From Ostreococcus lucimarinus (taxonomy: Eukaryota): DNA of 64,000 nt. Made by a program: the position numbers and the translations under genes. The stretch lies in the NCBI GenBank assembly GCA_000092065.1, contig CP000582.1. One strand, 5' to 3'. Every line of letters starts with the position of its first letter. Position 1 is the stretch's first letter. The notes beneath the pieces are model-generated. The model worked only from the letters and a program-made list of their open reading frames with translations, ran no database searches and was not told the DNA's origin. Of the stretch, positions 53,501 through 64,000 are shown one piece after another.

Positions 53501-55555
53501 TTATGCACAGAATTTTAGAGAAAGTAAAATCCCTACCTCACGTTCCAACGACTCAACTGATGTAGTGCACATGTTTTCAACGGCCTCTTCACATATGCCT
53601 TCAACCTTCATCTCTGTTCCGCGAAAGAAGAAAGACCAAATCATGACTGAATTGAGCAGATCATAGGACAATGGAGTCGTCTTACTAATGCCTATGTAGT
53701 CATATAAGTGCCATCGAGGTGCAGCAGATCTTATACAATTTTCAAGTCCCCCAATATCGAATGACATTCTTTTCAGAGCGTACAAAGCTTCGTTTGAGTA
53801 CAGAATATCTTCAGGTAACATTGAAGCATCGAATGTTTTGTGCATTTGTAACCAATGTGTAGCAACACGTTTAGTTGCCTGCAAACAATACTCTCTTGTT
53901 CTACCCTGTGCATTAATCGAAAAGAAATAAAAGGACACTAAAATGTCGCTCCCCCACTCGGAAAAAAACGTGTCGCATGCTAGCACCTCCCTTTCCAAAT
54001 ACTCAAGCGCGTCATGGATAATGGTGCTTCGTTCTGTTAGTTTCGGAGTCCTTGCTGGATCATAATACAGCTCTGCACAACAGAAATTTACGTATGTGGG
54101 TCCCCAATGACTCAGCAGATACGCTAATGTTCGAGTCAACACTTCTTCGTGAACTGTGCTGGTTTCAGTAATACGAAGAACGGGTACAAGTTCGAGAAGC
54201 TTCTCGCCCAAGAGGGTGAACATGCCAATTTTTGCTGGTTGAATATCAAATCTGGGCAAACTTTGCCATTCAATAGTCCGTATTACTTTGATCGCAAGAT
54301 GACAGAGCGAACGGGTATCATAGTTCCAGGGCATGGATGCACAACTATTCACACTCGGAAAGTTTGCATGCGACGCCTCCACCGTGTGGCTGAGAGCCAA
54401 GCAGAAATCCATGTGCGAACTACCAAAAACTCTTCGCATTGAAACGATCGTAGAGTAAATATCGTGTAGACTAGGCCTAACATTAAATGAAGTTGAGAGG
54501 TGGTCTTCCACCGAGCATTTGATAAACTCTAACTCAACCATCGAAAGGCTTGTGCAAATGTACGGTGCCTCACCCCTTGCCACACAAATACCAGAAATAG
54601 CCAAAAGTAACTCATTCAATAGCCGCTTATAAACAATCTCATTCAAACCTTGATACATAGAAAAATTCTTTCGGTTTTCAATCGCCTGGAGTGCCCACGT
54701 ACTCGACACGTAAAAATTTGGAAGAAAAATGGGTTTCCCAATTTCTCTCAGCGACAGTTTCTTTTTGAGCAAGTCTTGAAAATAATTGCAAAGCCGCTGT
54801 GCACCTGCCTTCAACTTACTGATACAATCTGCAACTCTTCTCGTAACTGCTTGAGCGGTAGCACGCTCAACCAATTCCATAAAATCAGCGTGAGTTGCAT
54901 CACCATCAAGTGCGTTCTGCTCTGGTATGCAGAGAACAAGCTGAAGCACCTCTCTGGAAATACTTCTCCTAGTTGAAAGAAGATCATGCAGTGTATCATC
55001 AAAGTATATGAATGAACGCAACAAAAGGAAGCAACTCGCTTGCAGGTCTACAGGCGGCATTTCGCAAAAAACACTTGCTGTGTGAAAATTTAGCCATAGT
55101 CGCTCAATAATGGATTTGATTCCGTATTCAGGACCAGTCATCGTAGACGTGCATGAAACTCCATCTACAAACTCTTTCAAATGGGCCCAAACAATTCTAT
55201 TTACTGATTGAACTTGCACGAAGTCAACGCTTTTGTTCAAGCTAATGTATTCTTCATGCTCTACGGTGCGTGCAGGAAGCCTGGTCAACCATGTATGGTC
55301 GCTGTTTTCCTGAGAAAGATAACGAACCACAGGATACCTTTCTTGTAGATGTGTGAAGAACTCGTCGAAATTCTTCGCCAAAGAGATGCTCATCCTCTCG
55401 AGTACTGCCACAAGATTTGAGGGTTTATCACGGATCGCCGTGTAAGAGGACGAAGCTTGAGATGCTGACCTTAAGTTCTTGATCGTACTTAGTAAGTAGC
55501 TAACGAATAGATATTTAAGTTCATCAAAATCTTTCTGAGTTGTATTCATCGTCAT
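53501..55555 (-). CDS. Large uncharacterised alpha-helical protein (684 aa)
   Basis: The ORF is long and uninterrupted. No family was recognised by eye. Confidence 0.4.
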   Translation of the reverse strand: MTMNTTQKDFDELKYLFVSYLLSTIKNLRSASQASSSYTAIRDKPSNLVAVLERMSISLAKNFDEFFTHLQERYPVVRYLSQENSDHTWLTRLPARTVEHEEYISLNKSVDFVQVQSVNRIVWAHLKEFVDGVSCTSTMTGPEYGIKSIIERLWLNFHTASVFCEMPPVDLQASCFLLLRSFIYFDDTLHDLLSTRRSISREVLQLVLCIPEQNALDGDATHADFMELVERATAQAVTRRVADCISKLKAGAQRLCNYFQDLLKKKLSLREIGKPIFLPNFYVSSTWALQAIENRKNFSMYQGLNEIVYKRLLNELLLAISGICVARGEAPYICTSLSMVELEFIKCSVEDHLSTSFNVRPSLHDIYSTIVSMRRVFGSSHMDFCLALSHTVEASHANFPSVNSCASMPWNYDTRSLCHLAIKVIRTIEWQSLPRFDIQPAKIGMFTLLGEKLLELVPVLRITETSTVHEEVLTRTLAYLLSHWGPTYVNFCCAELYYDPARTPKLTERSTIIHDALEYLEREVLACDTFFSEWGSDILVSFYFFSINAQGRTREYCLQATKRVATHWLQMHKTFDASMLPEDILYSNEALYALKRMSFDIGGLENCIRSAAPRWHLYDYIGISKTTPLSYDLLNSVMIWSFFFRGTEMKVEGICEEAVENMCTTSVESLEREVGILLSLKFCA

Positions 55556-55803
55556 CCTTGATCTTCAAAATATGTCAACAGTAGCTCTGACAAGTGAGGT
55601 GCCAGACTTACCTGCCAAATTCAACATTACGACTGAGCGCGAAATTCATGCTTTCTTCAGCATCCATTGGCTCGCTAGAACCAATATGGATGACGCAGAA
55701 TCTACACTGACGGCGAACATATTCATCAACATCACAAAAAACGTTATTGTTGGATATTGAACGACTGAGATTGACGAACTCATTGACACGTGCCTAAAGT
55801 GGG

Positions 55804-57102
55804 TTAAGATATGTTGAAATCTAAGCCACGTGACTTTACCTTAAGTAAACTTTCGGTGGAAATATCGTCAGCAGCTTTCTGGTACCGTTTATTGCAAACA
55901 CTCACGAGTCGAAATTCATCTTCTTCTCGTATCATTCTATGAAGGAACTGTTCCGTAAAAAGTTTTGAGAAGTCACCGTCGAGTTTCCTTTCATCACACA
56001 CGTGAATCAAACGTGTCGTGCATCCGATGATTTTCTTAATATGACAGGAATCGTCAAATAGCTCCCCTTCAAAACCTGGCAAATCAACAATTTCGACACC
56101 TGATTTCAAGCGAGTGCTCGGGATCTCGAGTGATATAAAATTCAGAAGTCCCCAGCGCGAGTGGTTACCACATGTCACGCTATGCAGAACATTCTTGATG
56201 TATACGAGATCTTGAAATGATGTGCAATTTTTTAAACTACAGGTAAAAACGCGCCCCAGAGTTGCCATAACGTGTTCTGGCAATAGAACATCATCGTCCG
56301 TTAGCTCGGTGATATCAAAAGAGGAGGGAAATCCTAGCATGGAAAGTGCTCGCTGAAGACGTTCATCTTTGTTTGAAATCAAAGACGGACAGAAGTTACT
56401 TTTGGATCCTACTGTACCACTGATGACACCTTCAAGATACAAAAGCTCGTGCTGTCTCTGAGACCTCTGTAAATTACGAGCCGCTAATAACTTCTTGAGT
56501 TCATTGTCAACTTGGGCGGGCGAAGCGTAGGCAAAAGTTATTCTTGCATGGTTACCATAGAATACGTGAATAGGTACTTTTGTAGTGCAAAGCATGTCTC
56601 CCTCCGGCAATATACCGGCGCTGACATCTTGCTTGTCGAGTTGTGGATAGAACTGAGGTAATCTGTTGTCACTTGTACCTAGCGAAGACCCAAGATGAAA
56701 TAACTGCGGGGTCCAGTAAATACTTTCATCGAAAGAATCAAGCACAGTTACTGTCAAACTTTCTTTCATTTTTTGTTCCGTCAGGGCAGGCTCAACTTTA
56801 GAGTCAAAATCGTGCCGTAGTAGCCAATTCAGTAGATGCGTCTTCCCACTACCAGAGCGACCGATGAGACAGACGGTGGTGTAATCTTGTCCTCTCGCAC
56901 GAGACTGAACTTTTTGCAGTTGTGTTTTGAGAAGTTCCAGTCCAGCGCTAAATTTGCCTTGAGCTTTGGAGTCGTCCTTCAGCAAAGAACGTTTGAGCGT
57001 CGAAACGGTCGTGCATAAGGAATATGCTTCTCGAAGTAGTGTAGTGGCATTATCCTTTTTACCCTCTGAATTGGAGCAACCCACGTGCTGAAAGTCTCGC
57101 AT
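55804..57102 (-). CDS. Atypical P-loop NTPase/GTPase-like protein (432 aa)
   Basis: The Walker A/G1 motif is GRSGSGKTHLLNWL. A dynamin/IRG-like G3 DLPG (EIVDLPGFEGE) lies about 290 aa downstream. No other family motifs were recognised. The 5'UTR carries a (GAGAGGAA)4 microsatellite at 57103..57134. Confidence 0.45.
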   Translation of the reverse strand: MRDFQHVGCSNSEGKKDNATTLLREAYSLCTTVSTLKRSLLKDDSKAQGKFSAGLELLKTQLQKVQSRARGQDYTTVCLIGRSGSGKTHLLNWLLRHDFDSKVEPALTEQKMKESLTVTVLDSFDESIYWTPQLFHLGSSLGTSDNRLPQFYPQLDKQDVSAGILPEGDMLCTTKVPIHVFYGNHARITFAYASPAQVDNELKKLLAARNLQRSQRQHELLYLEGVISGTVGSKSNFCPSLISNKDERLQRALSMLGFPSSFDITELTDDDVLLPEHVMATLGRVFTCSLKNCTSFQDLVYIKNVLHSVTCGNHSRWGLLNFISLEIPSTRLKSGVEIVDLPGFEGELFDDSCHIKKIIGCTTRLIHVCDERKLDGDFSKLFTEQFLHRMIREEDEFRLVSVCNKRYQKAADDISTESLLKVKSRGLDFNIS

Positions 57103-57550
57103 GAGAGGAAGAGAGGAAGAGAGGAAGAGAGGAAGACCAACAACCGCCAGACGTTTTGTCGGGAACCGAGAACAACGCGTTAGTTAACACGAACCAAATC
57201 TTGAGTGAAAGAGTCGAACAATATTAAACGCATTAGCAACTTGCAATTCTAGTATACTCACGGCCGCCGTCAAGCGACGTCCTCCTATGAAGTATAACTG
57301 AATTTCTGAATCTCGGTGACAACAAGCTCAAGTCGGAAACGCCAGATTCAGAGACCGCCATTTCTGTACAGTGTTTTTACTTTTTCGAGTCACCCTGCAT
57401 GTAACACTTTGCGCTGCCAACTCTTGGGACTCTTGGAGTAGAAGGCGATCTGATACAATCTGTAGCGAGTATTGTACGCACCGCTTCACCTCTAACTCGA
57501 GAAGCGTAATTGTGCACGTTTGTGGGGGAAAGTGTTTTGGGAGCTAAGTT

Positions 57551-58168
57551 TTGCAAGTTGCGTGTAAGACTAGGAAGCGCAACATGCTGGGAACAAAAAA
57601 ACCGCTCTTACTCGCACCCGGTGATCACTTTGAGTCCGATTCAATTCTGAACACCGCTGATATACCACATGTAACAATTAGTAGAACGTCGAAGCTAGTC
57701 CTGGGCCAGCGGCAAAATTTCAAGGTCAGAACCAGCAGTAGTCCAACACCAGGAGCGAACGTCATTGGCATCGTCACTAAAGTCTCACAGCAAAGTATTC
57801 ACGCCATGATCAATTCTTCGCTCGATGCTGAGATTCCAATTACCTGTCTTACTCACAGTCAGCGAAACGTGCGGGTAGGGTCTGCTATCCAAGCTACTGT
57901 TCAGTCGGTGTCGTCAAAGAAAGTTCTTTTGACTTTTGATGTAAACGAAAAAGGAGTCGCAAACGGCGTGCTTCACAAAGGTCGTGTATTTAGCTTCAGG
58001 CAGCAAGTATCTATGGGCTGCCGTTGTAAACGCTGGAAGATGCAGGCGAGAATGAAGGCGACTTGTCCCACAGACATTGTACTAAGTCTGAACCAGCAAA
58101 TGTGGTTACGAACGACGCAGCGCCGAAAAACACGCGACGTTCACACTCTATTACTGGAATGCATGTGA
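57551..58168 (+). CDS. Possible exosome complex component CSL4-like protein (S1-like fold plus a C-terminal Cys cluster)
   Basis: PTPGANVIGIVTKVSQQSIHAMI and VRVGSAIQATVQSVSS.KVLLTFDVNEKGV resemble the CSL4 S1 domain pattern (PxxGDxVxGxVxxV....AxVxI and VRxGDIVxAxVxSxGD...yLST..eLGV). The assignment is weak. Confidence 0.3.
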   Translation: MQVACKTRKRNMLGTKKPLLLAPGDHFESDSILNTADIPHVTISRTSKLVLGQRQNFKVRTSSSPTPGANVIGIVTKVSQQSIHAMINSSLDAEIPITCLTHSQRNVRVGSAIQATVQSVSSKKVLLTFDVNEKGVANGVLHKGRVFSFRQQVSMGCRCKRWKMQARMKATCPTDIVLSLNQQMWLRTTQRRKTRDVHTLLLECM

Positions 58169-58628
58169 TGGACCAAGTCGACGCGTACTCCTTAAGCTTA
58201 AACTCCTGGAATTGGTGCACCAGTGACTAGGTCATAGACTGTACACCAATACGCGAACATGCATGAAGAGCTCTGTTTTACACCATATAATGTGGGCACT
58301 GCTCCGCGACACGACAACACTTCAGTCACCGTTTCGGATATAAGACAAAACGACGAACACGTGGACGATCGATTCCTTGTTCAATTGCAACGAAACTTCC
58401 AACTTCAACAGCACATGTTAGACATCAAGAGGCAGATGCTTCACTCGAGCGGTTGAGGCGATGGAAAAATGAAGGCGTGACGACATCAAACGGTTTGCTC
58501 AGAGGAATTGCTAGAAAAATGTATTAATAAGTCCTGATGAAATATCAATTGCCTGATAGCGGAAAAAACACCGAGAGTATTCAAAGAATAACTCCGTCGG
58601 GGGTAACCTAGGCACTAAGCGGGCCCAT

Positions 58629-60378
58629 TTAGCAACTACCTGTGATGTAGCACGGGTAGCTCTTCATCGGAGCGTAGGCACCTTGTGCGAAGAACGCCGC
58701 CGTGGAGAAGCCGACGATGACGAGGGTGATGATCCAGCCGAACACAGTTTTACCGATGATGAACCAGTTGATGCCCTTGCGGCCTTCGAGTAGGGCGACG
58801 CCGACGGTGGCACCAACTTGGCAGTGAGTGGTAGACAGCGGCCAGCCGAGACGGGATCCCATGATGATGACGCAAGCCGCACCAAGCTCGATGCAGATAC
58901 CGCGACTCGGGGTGAGCTTGGCAATCTTGGTACCGAGAGCGTGAAGAATCTTGTAGCCGTACAAGGCGAGGCCACAGACGATGCCGGCAGCGCCAAGACC
59001 GAGAATCCAATATGAATCGTCGCCCATTTCAGCTTCCTTCGAAACTTTACCGCTCTTGAAGACGACTACCATAGAGGCGAAGGGACCGATAGAGTTGGCC
59101 ACATCGTTGGCGCCGTGCGCGAACGAGTCGCAGCACGCGGTGAGGATTTGCAAGTATCGCATGCAAAGTTCAGTCTTTTCGTCAAACTTTTCGGCGTTTT
59201 CGTGGATCGCCAATACAGCCATGTCTTCGTCAAGAATGTCTTCAGCCTTGTGGGCGAGTGAAGATTCAAGATGATCTTGCAGAGCGTACCACATGCGACG
59301 CGGCGCGCCAAAGACACCGACAGGATACTCGCGCGGTTGACGGACGACCTTCTCTTCGGCCTTCTTGCCCGAACCACGCTCCGCCTTTTCGAGCTGTTGC
59401 TTCTCGAAGAGCTCATCGGTCGTCTTGAGGATGTAAGGGGTAACGAAGAAGTACGCAATAATGCCACATCCTCCGCCGATGCCGAACGCGATGGCGCACG
59501 CCGTACCGACCGGTGTGTCGTCGAGCTCAAGGAACTTGGCGCCCTTGTACACGATGAAGAAGATGTTGATGATGAGAGTGCACGCAAGCAACACTGGGAA
59601 CGCGACGGCAGTACGAGAATAAGAATGTTCGGAACGCATGACGAGAGTACGCAGGGTCACGAAGAAGACGAACGCAAAGGCGCCAGAGATGACCGGGGAC
59701 AAGAGCCAGGAGATGATGACGGCGACGACGCCTTTGACGTACGGGAATTCGTCCGCTTTCTTGGTCCAAATGACACACTCGCTACCACGCGCGACCAAAG
59801 TCATTCCAATCATACCACCAACGCACGAGTGCGTCGTGGAGACGGCCATTTCGAAGGCAGATGCGATGACGAGCCAGATGGCGACGGCAAAAATGACGCA
59901 TAGGCAGCCGTACATCAAGAGGCCGGGATCGTTCGCACCACCGGTACCGGCGAAGCATTTCTGGTTAGCAATGCCCTTGCGAATTGTCTTGACGACGTGA
60001 CCGCCCATGAACATGGCACCACAGAATTCAAAGATCGCGGCGAGGACTACAGCGTTTTTAATGGTCAACGCGCCGGACCCGACAGAGGTGGCGAACGCAT
60101 TCGCGACGTCGTTGGCACCTGTAGGTAAATACGATTGATCGCACGACGTCAGTGATGCTTCTAATACACTCCAATCGCACGTGTGCGACCAAGCCGTGTC
60201 ATTAAAGCCTATGAACGCGAAAGGTAAAAAGTGCGCGCATCGTGTGCGTACCGATGCCAAAGGCGGCGAAGAAGGCGAGGAAACTGCCGCAAACGACGAT
60301 CCATTCGAATCTCTTGGTTTCAGTAGCGCCGGCCAAAAGGTGGCGGGACGCTTGAGCGAGCGTATCCGAAGAGCTCAT
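58629..60378 (-). CDS. PHT2: PiT-family (PHO4/PHT2-type) inorganic phosphate transporter, 2 exons
   Basis: Exon 1 is 60378..60252 (MSSSDTLAQ...RFEWIVVCGSFLAFFAAFGIG|GTACGC). Exon 2 is 60118..58629 (acceptor ttacctacag|, ANDVANAFATSVGSGALT ... second half GANDVANSIGPF). There are two PiT signature repeats and multiple TM helices. The ORF-track N-terminus (60119..60260) is intronic. Confidence 0.85.
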
Positions 60379-61284
60379 CGTTGTGCGTGACGAGACGGCG
60401 CGCGACGTGTTCTGGCGGCGACCGCGCATATTTCCACGCGGGAATTTGAAAAGGCAAGATTCCGAGAATATTCCTTGCGGAACGAATTCACGGTTCGTGA
60501 ACCTCGAAAGAAGACGCGATTGGTTCCAATCGAGTCCAGAATCCAGGCTCGGGAGAAAATTCATTTGACCATATTGATAGAGACAAAATGGAACCATAGA
60601 GCATTAAATATGGGCGTTTAAGTGATTTTAACCTTTATCAGAGGTAAAAAAGTTTTTACAGATCTGTACCACCGGAGGACGACAAACCGATCGAGAGAGG
60701 GCCGTTCCCAGCGGGACTGCTACGGACGCAGTCGGACCACCTACTTCGCCCATCGCGTGTGCACACGGAGGAACACTCTTGAAACGCAAGAAAGCACAAT
60801 TCTGTACTGACTACATGACCACACGCAAGTTGGGGGTAGGCGTTGCCCAAAATTTCAGCAACTCCCAACGCTTGCGGGTACTGGCTCCTTGGGGTTTCAC
60901 AGGTCCAGTCTCCGACGTTGAGTGGAGAGATGTACCCGTACGAGCGGATGAATACCGATCACAATCTCCAGCGTCCTCTTCGCAAGTCGTGGTTCCACAG
61001 ACAACTACCTCGAAAGTTTATGCGACGAGGTATTATATTCGAGATAGCAGAAGAAACAATGTGTCTGAACTTCACGGTTCAACCTTCACAACTACAAAGA
61101 TAAGTAAGGAAACGCTCCGAGATCTGGCAAATACTCCTATGGATTCGGGACAGTACTACGGTCGTTTACGCATTCGTGAGTGCGTGAGCCTTCTCGACGA
61201 CCCCAGCGCTGGGTATGCCTGAAAGCCGAAACTCGAAATTCTTGTACATAATATTCACAACACATTTTACGCACTTTCGATTCC

Positions 61285-61869
61285 TTAAAGTTCATTCGGT
61301 TGCATGTTTAAATAAGCAACACAAAGCTTCTCGATCAACTCTGAAGCGTCATCATCAACGATGAAGTTTGCCCTGGTTTTTGCTGAGACAAAACCCTCAG
61401 CCACAGTGTTGTCCAAGAACTTCAAGAGTGGATTGAAGAAACCGTTCACATTGAGTATTCCAATCGGTTTTTCATGATGTCCTAACTGACGCCAGGTTGC
61501 TATTTCGAATAATTCCTCGAGAGTGCCTAGGCCACCAGGGAGAGCGATGAATGCGTCAGCTCGCGCAGCCATTTGTGTTTTTCGTTCGTGCATGCCTGAT
61601 GTCACCACAACTTGACCTGGGGTCTTACCGCTTATTTCTTCTGGTTCGAGTGAATAAGGAATTATCCCTAGCACCGAGCCTCCATCAGAATTAACAGCTT
61701 CTGCGAGACTACCCATGAGACCGACAGAACCTCCGCCATACACGAGGGAGATGCCCCTCTTGACTAGCTCCCCTCCTAAAAGCCGCGCAGCGACCGAATA
61801 CGACGAGTTCGAACCCACCGACGATCCACAATACACGCACACGCACTCGATAGGACGCCGTTCGGTCAT
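61285..61869 (-). CDS. LOG: LOG-family cytokinin riboside 5'-monophosphate phosphoribohydrolase (Lonely Guy / lysine-decarboxylase-like)
   Basis: VCVYCGSS, LVYGGGSVGLMG, the PGGLGTLEELFE motif, TWRQLGHHEKPIGILNVNGFFNPLL..EGF are present. The 194 aa are full length for the family. Confidence 0.85.
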   Translation of the reverse strand: MTERRPIECVCVYCGSSVGSNSSYSVAARLLGGELVKRGISLVYGGGSVGLMGSLAEAVNSDGGSVLGIIPYSLEPEEISGKTPGQVVVTSGMHERKTQMAARADAFIALPGGLGTLEELFEIATWRQLGHHEKPIGILNVNGFFNPLLKFLDNTVAEGFVSAKTRANFIVDDDASELIEKLCVAYLNMQPNEL

Positions 61870-64000
61870 ATTTAGCTCTTTTGAATACGTGAACGACCTG
61901 CTCTATAGTGAAGCTTCTGAGAAGATGTTCGTTCAACCTCTGAACTCTGGCAGCGGACCTTATAGCTTCGCTGATTTCACCTTCAGGCAACGGGTCGAAC
62001 GACCTAATAACTGATGACGATTCGTTCGATGCGTTTCGATAGTGAAGTATAAGCGAGGAAACTATGCACGTCTAGAAAGAACGCTGCGAGCGCCGCTGGG
62101 AGTTTGGAGTCGTGCACACATCGACAATACTACGAGATTTCATGTTTATACATGCAACTAATCCGGAGCAAGAACAAAACCGCAATACTGACACCTGCAG
62201 GACGCTCAGTTGAACAAAGTACCCTATCGAGGGCGCTTTGCCAAGATGTTTATGACTAGCGCTGCGAAAAGTAAAAGAAGTCAAAACTGTTTCTGCCTTG
62301 GTAAAACACTACGTACATATGAAAAGTGCGTTCAAACAGAACAATAAAACTACTGGACTGTAATCAGTGCGCATAGGTAGACTCGCCTGCTCTATAATCG
62401 AATTGGCTTGCTAAAGAAAGAAGTGGTGTTTAGTTTGAAAATGAACTCCAACAAAAGGCGTACCGAAATAGCGTCAGACACGCGCGCTCGGAACTGCATT
62501 ACCCTCGCAAGCTTCTTCGTTTGACGCGTACGCAATTCTTTCGGCTTAGCAGCAAAAGTAATCCGAGCCGAGTATTTTGAGTCAGAGACGAATAGACAAG
62601 TAGCTGTTCTGCGTTTAAAAGCCGATACAGACGTCTTTGGTACAAGTCGACCGTTTCTGAATCTGTCGGAAAGGTGGTTTGTAACAATCGGGCGCACTGC
62701 TCTATCCATGCACGCCTTTTTCACACCACTCCAGCTTTACCGGCGCTCTCTAGCCTCTTTGCTGTCGATGTCCGCAACAGCAGACAAGCGACAGCGACAG
62801 CGCCCGCGTCCCCGAAAAACGAGATCGATGATCATACTTTCTCATGGACATTAAATATGGTACAATTAGCTATTATGCGCGTGAAAAGACGAGTGCTATC
62901 ATACCCCGGTCACTAGCGGCCGCGTCAAACATCCGTCGCGTAACTTCCGGTGTTCATCAACGCGTGATGTCGCACAGTCGTCTCGTTGATCAAGTGACAG
63001 ACGCAGTTGTCGCCCAGGCAAGTCTACTTGTTGAAATTTCTGTTTGTGGCTAATGGCTTTTTAGTACTGCGCACAGTTCAGTGCAGTGAAAGCGCCAGCT
63101 TTGGAGGCGATTCGCGAGCTATTATGCCGGTAAATCTGCTTCATTAACGAATTCGTATGATGACGATAAACTTCGAAAAGATACTTGCGAGATATAAGTG
63201 CAACCGCTTGCGAAAAAGCCAACGCTTCGGTGCGTCACAGGTTGTTTTTGTTCTCACGAACTTTTTGACACATATGTACAGGGACGAACGCTCGTGAACA
63301 CTTTAGATGTACTAGAGATTCTTGCCCAAGATGGAAGCATTCTCGACAGTCTTTTCTTGCACGGACACACAGTAGTTGATAGGAATGATGCGTTGAATTT
63401 GATACGCCTTCCCGGTCAGTTTAGTTTGAAGCGCAAACCAAAAGTATTGTTTATTTTGTCTGAGATTCTAAACGTGATCGTCTAACCAGCTCGCAGCTCT
63501 TGGGAAAGATCTCAACAGTCAGAAGTACTGCACCCGCTTATGTGCCTTCTCATTTACAGGCGCTACCTGGGAAGAGTGCAGTGCGTAAGTCAATCAAGCA
63601 AGAAAGCACTGAATTAACGTCGGTAACTTAGCTCAGCAAGCATTCGATGGAGCCAAAACGAACAGTCCCAAACTCATGTCATACTTTGGTGAGTCTTGTT
63701 TATCATCAAAACTTCCGCACTTACAACTTGTAGAAACTTGATGCTACGCCGACAAAACTTGAAATCGGAACTCAAGAAACTAGTACAATACCTAGTGACA
63801 GACTCTTCAGGAATCATGTCACGAAAAATATGAGCAGTATCACAGTAAGTTGCAATGTTCAACTGTGTGAATCGACATTTTCCTGACAAAATGTAGCACT
63901 TTAACGCTCGACATGGCTCCCAGTACCACATGACCACCGGTACCCCTTTGCAAATTATCACTAGTTCACCATTGTGGCTTATCAGTCTTTCAGGCGAATT

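Noticed and set aside
58664-59903. Several long ORFs (58664..58996, 58750..59010, 59066..59587, 59271..59903, 59638..60000) on both strands
   Set aside because: All lie inside the PiT phosphate-transporter exon in alternative frames or antisense. They are stop-free because of the GC-rich, biased codon usage of that gene, not independent genes.
1-64000. Checked for prokaryotic-style systems (CRISPR arrays, restriction-modification, toxin-antitoxin, phage or defence islands, operons)
   Set aside because: Spliceosomal introns, Pol III tRNA terminators, eukaryotic gene content and the absence of direct-repeat/spacer arrays show this is nuclear eukaryotic DNA. No such system is present.

Overview
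This window reads as compact eukaryotic nuclear DNA from a green-lineage photosynthetic organism (alga or plant-like), at about one gene per 2 kb. Introns are short (about 45-60 bp) with GTAAGT, GTGAGT, GTATGT or GTACGT donors. The lineage call rests on nuclear genes for plastid proteins: PSI subunit PsaL with a transit peptide, a PsbP-domain lumenal protein carrying a twin-arginine signal, plastid-type glycerol-3-phosphate acyltransferase (ATS1), MGDG synthase, histidinol-phosphate aminotransferase and a PiT/PHT2-type phosphate transporter. Housekeeping genes are also present (MCM3, the Pol I second-largest subunit, class I HDAC, IMPDH, coatomer gamma, THO2, BOP1, RLP24, OLA1/YchF, KDEL receptor, ALG2, COQ4, OGFOD1, FIP1, PanB, LOG, PrmC, PP2C). 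Two divergently oriented tRNA genes (Leu-CAG and Arg-CCT) carry Pol III T-tract terminators. Mobile and repeat content includes a Tc1/mariner-type Stowaway-like MITE family, a 1.4 kb Tc1-like remnant encoding only the paired HTH part of a transposase, a promoter-proximal repeat family, and short telomere-type (telo-box) motifs. I found no prokaryotic operon, CRISPR array or defence-type system. The points most worth follow-up are the transposable elements and promoter repeats, an unannotated small RRP36-like gene, a possible 5' micro-exon in PsaL, and an atypical P-loop GTPase. Product assignments come from motif recognition by eye. Exon boundaries are hand-derived and approximate where marked '~' or 'approximate' in the feature evidence.
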